NCBI GenBank assembly: GCA_043228905.1
Contig: JBHGNT010000006.1
Location: forward strand, 18,910,001-18,974,000
Source of the DNA: Azolla caroliniana
Taxonomy: Eukaryota > Plantae > Polypodiophyta
Reading direction: 5' to 3'
DNA length: 64,000 nt
Part shown: positions 61,301 to 64,000 of the stretch, in pieces
Layout: every line of letters begins with the position of its first letter
Position numbering within the stretch: position 1 is the first letter of the stretch
The notes under the pieces: generated by a model
Seen by the model: the letters and a program-made list of their open reading frames with translations, nothing else
Database searches by the model: none
Told to the model about the DNA's origin: nothing
Made by a program: the position numbers and the translations under genes

Positions 61301-63816
61301 GGCATGTGAACTGTCTTCTTATTCCCTGATTACACAAAAAATCAGAAAATTCATTGGAGAAATACTCTCCTCCTCCATCAGATCTCAAACATTTTATCCT
61401 TGTACCAGCCTGCTTTTCTACCATGCATTTAAACTTACGAAAGCAGTCAAATACTTCACTTTTCTCCTTCATGAAGTACACCCATGTCTTCCGTGAACAA
61501 TCATCAATAAATGTAACATAAAATCTGCATCCACCAATAGATGCATTCTTTGTTGGTCCCCATACATCTGTATGTACCAAATCCAACAGATTTTTGCTTA
61601 CATGTCTCTCATGAGGGAATGGCAACCTGTTTTGCTTACCATATTGACATGCTTCGCATACTTTTCCCATTTCACACTTTTTCAAGTTTGGCAGTCCAGC
61701 CACTGCATCTTTTCTCAACATATTCTTAAATGTTTGCATACTTATATGGCCAATCCTTTTATGCCACATTTCCACATCTGAGATTACACTCGTTCCATTT
61801 GCAAACATGGCTGAAATCTGTTTGGGCATTTCTACATCCAAGATAAACATTCTTCCTTGTCTCTTCCCTTTTGCAATGAGCTTCCCATTCTTTTCTATAT
61901 AGCATCCACTTGGCTTAAACTTTACTTGCATACCTTGCTCTACTATCTGTCCAACAGAAATCAGATTCTTAGCAAGGTTTGGAACATGCATCACATTCAA
62001 CATATACTTGGTTTTTCCTCTTTCTTCCCACAATGGGATATCTCCAACATGTTTTATTTGGTGAGTTGTGTCATCACCTGTTTGTACATAACCAGGAACC
62101 TCTGGTTCTCTTAAACTCTCAAACCAATTTGCATGTCCAGTCATATGGTTAGATGCCCCCGAGTCTACATACCACGTAAACTCTTCATTACATTTCTGTG
62201 AGCTTTCAGCCACTGCTGCTATCTCATGTTGCACTACAAAAACACCTTCCTTTTCACAATCTTCACTAGTAGAGGCATAGTTACTCTGTTGTCCTTTTCC
62301 TCTTTTCTCATCATTTTGTTTCTTGTAACATTCAGCCTGTGTATGGCCTGGTTTACCACAATACCAGCAGCCATCATCATTTACATAAGTTTGCTTACCT
62401 CTACCTCGGTTGCTCCCCCTGCCTCTGTTGTTGTTTCCTCCTCTATGAGCTTGTTGTCCTCTTCCTTGAAAGCCATTATTATTGGTTCTTCCTGAGCCAA
62501 ATCTTCCATGGCCTCTTCCTCGGCCTCTTCCGGCATTATTATAGAGGGCTTGCCCCTCGTTCTCTGAGTTTCCTTTATTTGCATCATCCATCTGATTCCT
62601 TTCCTCTACCACAAGCATTGAGACCAGATCTGAAAAACTTGGGATACTATCCCTTGTGAGCATAGAAGTTTTAAAACTCTTGTATTGAGGTCCTAAGCCT
62701 CTTAAGCATATTTCCACTTTGTCATCATCTTCTGTCTTCACATTGATAGAAGCAAGTGATTCACATATACTCTTGATTTTTAGGGCATACTCATTTATTG
62801 ACATCTTACCTTTTTCTAAGGTATTTAGCTCAGTCTTCAACTGTAGCTTTCTAGCTTTTGTGTTTACTGCAAACAGTTTTACCAAACTGTCCCAAGCTTC
62901 TTTTGGGAGCATAGCATCCTGTATGTGCCCAAGCATCGAATCTGAGATGCTAAGTGAGAGCCAATGCATTACTTTCCTTGCCCCTTGATTCCAATCTTTA
63001 AATGCTTTAATATGTGCAGCTGTTGCATTCTCTTCTGGGATCTCTGGAGCCTCTTCTAGGTCTCCTTCAATGTAATCCCAGTATCCTTTCCCCATCAGAA
63101 AGTTTGTCATTCTGAATTTCCACGCCGGGAAATTGTTTTTATCTAATTTCTCTGTGACCATTTGGCCTACATTCTCTGCAGCCATTTTTTTTCTTCCAAA
63201 AAACCAGGGTTTTGCTTTAGTTACTTCAACAAGTAACTTTCTGATTTCTGATCAGCAACTAGAGAAATAACTTTCTCAGATTAAGGCACCGCTATACTCT
63301 TCCTTACGAGCTACTCTGCTCTGATACCATGTTAAGAAAACGTGAAGAAGGCACTCAAGCTCTTCTTTTGTATGCGCGGCGGATCGTAGTGTGCTGGATC
63401 GTTAGCGTGCTCTAAACAGACAGAGAAAGGAAAGGGGACTTACCTCTGTAGTAGCAAAATGGTTTTCTTCCATTACATGTAGAGCTCAACTTGCTCTCGT
63501 CAGTCTTCTGGTCTCTCACTCTCTCTCAGAGTTCTCTACTCACTATTCTCTGTTTTTTCTTACTACTTACTTCCTATTCACTCTCACTTACTTTTACCTA
63601 AGTCATAAGTTATTACACATGCAGCTAATTAGCTGTCAGTCGCTAAATAGCTGTTCACTAGCTAATTAGCTGTCACTAGCTAAATAGCTGTTCAGTCGCT
63701 AATTAGCTGTCCATAGCTAAATAGCTGTTTTACCTTTTTGTTCACTAGTAGCTAAATAGCTACTATAGCTTATTTCTCATAAGCATCACATACCATGTTG
63801 AGCTTGCTTCTCAACA
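58333..63816 (-). mobile_element. Intact, very young Ty1/copia retrotransposon
   Basis: 487-bp LTRs at 58333-58819 and 63330-63816 with 2 visible differences. TSD ATGTT. PBS TGGTATCAGAGC. PPT GAGGGGGAG. Confidence 0.97.
58860..63185 (-). CDS. Copia Gag-Pol polyprotein, 1441 aa, uninterrupted
   Basis: Knuckle CWYCGKPGHTQAEC, PR DSGAS, IN HHCC with SDGGGEY..AER, RT IYVDDL, RH DADWA and ADILTK. Confidence 0.97.
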   Translation of the reverse strand: MAAENVGQMVTEKLDKNNFPAWKFRMTNFLMGKGYWDYIEGDLEEAPEIPEENATAAHIKAFKDWNQGARKVMHWLSLSISDSMLGHIQDAMLPKEAWDSLVKLFAVNTKARKLQLKTELNTLEKGKMSINEYALKIKSICESLASINVKTEDDDKVEICLRGLGPQYKSFKTSMLTRDSIPSFSDLVSMLVVEERNQMDDANKGNSENEGQALYNNAGRGRGRGHGRFGSGRTNNNGFQGRGQQAHRGGNNNRGRGSNRGRGKQTYVNDDGCWYCGKPGHTQAECYKKQNDEKRGKGQQSNYASTSEDCEKEGVFVVQHEIAAVAESSQKCNEEFTWYVDSGASNHMTGHANWFESLREPEVPGYVQTGDDTTHQIKHVGDIPLWEERGKTKYMLNVMHVPNLAKNLISVGQIVEQGMQVKFKPSGCYIEKNGKLIAKGKRQGRMFILDVEMPKQISAMFANGTSVISDVEMWHKRIGHISMQTFKNMLRKDAVAGLPNLKKCEMGKVCEACQYGKQNRLPFPHERHVSKNLLDLVHTDVWGPTKNASIGGCRFYVTFIDDCSRKTWVYFMKEKSEVFDCFRKFKCMVEKQAGTRIKCLRSDGGGEYFSNEFSDFLCNQGIRRQFTCRYTPQQNGVAERKNRTLVNIARAMMTEKNMPLYYWAEAVNTANYILNRCITSGVHEATPEECFYGRKPSLQHLKVFGCLAYVHVPAEVRSKLDPKAEKCIFVGYSEEQKGYRCYNPVTKKIVTSRDVIFDELASWYSPKQNPETDEDNEIEDKDKSENVEDCHRDGDKVGQQSPTSTECSGPSKSSDGKSDSNSWSGKTGQKKSDDKKGKQKMPEYEIPDDLSKNMEDEDSDMSLDDFLGIQEMKIPGMEKAIKNANQKLRRSDREKKTVERFGYDTYMAMHYAYMSKVVQIPDPNSFEEAKSEKKWMDAMQEEIDALAENKTWDLVKLPKEKNVVGCKWVYKTKHDSNGNVSRHKARLVAKGYAQMQGIDYDETFAPVAKMATLRTLLAVGAARKWILHHMDVKNAFLHGNLEEEVYMSQPPGFEDKKHPDYVCKLKKALYGLKQAPRAWHRELSDSLKNLGFKMSKADPSLYVKSENDSIVIILIYVDDLIIGGDSVDEIRKLKKNLEMQFHMKDLGDLRYFLGIEIIRSESGICMLQKQYATTMLKKYGMLGCKPIAVPLDKNCKLRADLGAKIEDVNMYRSMVGSLIYLTITRPDLSYVVGLVSQFMQQPTKPHLDCIRRILRYVKATQNYGLFYRADLDINLEGYTDADWAGSQTDRRSTSGYMFTLGSAGISWSSKKQATVALSSIEAEYRGAAIATCEEVWIRRLLADLGVYIDGAVTIWCDNMSSIQLAKNPVFHARTKHIEVHYHFVREKVMEGEVDLVYVNTNQQVADILTKGLSVEKHTQFRNMMGVVNIDEMAKKQNGKED

Positions 63817-64000
63817 ATGTTGAGGACATTATTGATACAACAAGCAATGTGGTGCTTGATGATGAATATGTGCAAGATGAAATGGAAGATATGACAGAAA
63901 AAGTTGTTGATGGTGAAGTACCCACAAGGGAGTTGCAAGATGAAGAAGGTAACCTGGAAGTGATAGCTGGAGATTGGCTTTTGGAGATCATTGCGTGTAA

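Larger units (their letters stand above)
57006..64000 (+). mobile_element. Old LTR-element remnant (LTR-like, PBS-like, degenerate gag) hosting the intact copia
   Basis: PBS-like TGGTGCTCCAGGGAGGG at ~57628. Gag-like KMQRFKAGL...P.SLHD. Acidic coding-like sequence continues after 63821. Confidence 0.45.

Overview
This is eukaryotic, most likely land-plant, heterochromatic DNA made almost entirely of nested transposable elements; I recognise no ordinary host gene. At least 12 Ty1/copia and Ty3/gypsy LTR elements or solo LTRs can be delimited from LTR, PBS, PPT and TSD signals. One copia (58333-63816) has an intact ORF and near-identical LTRs. The most unusual region is ~34650-46770, which holds decayed DNA transposons with a Sola1/DUF7869-like DDD transposase. 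Divergently from one of them lies a spliced gene encoding a bacterial-type ParB/Srx-like domain fused to a beta-class N4C/N6A DNA methyltransferase. Its first intron carries ten regularly spaced 25-bp palindromes that resemble parS/operator sites. A second, diverged element retains the start of the same layout. All family assignments come from motif recognition by eye; no database search was run.
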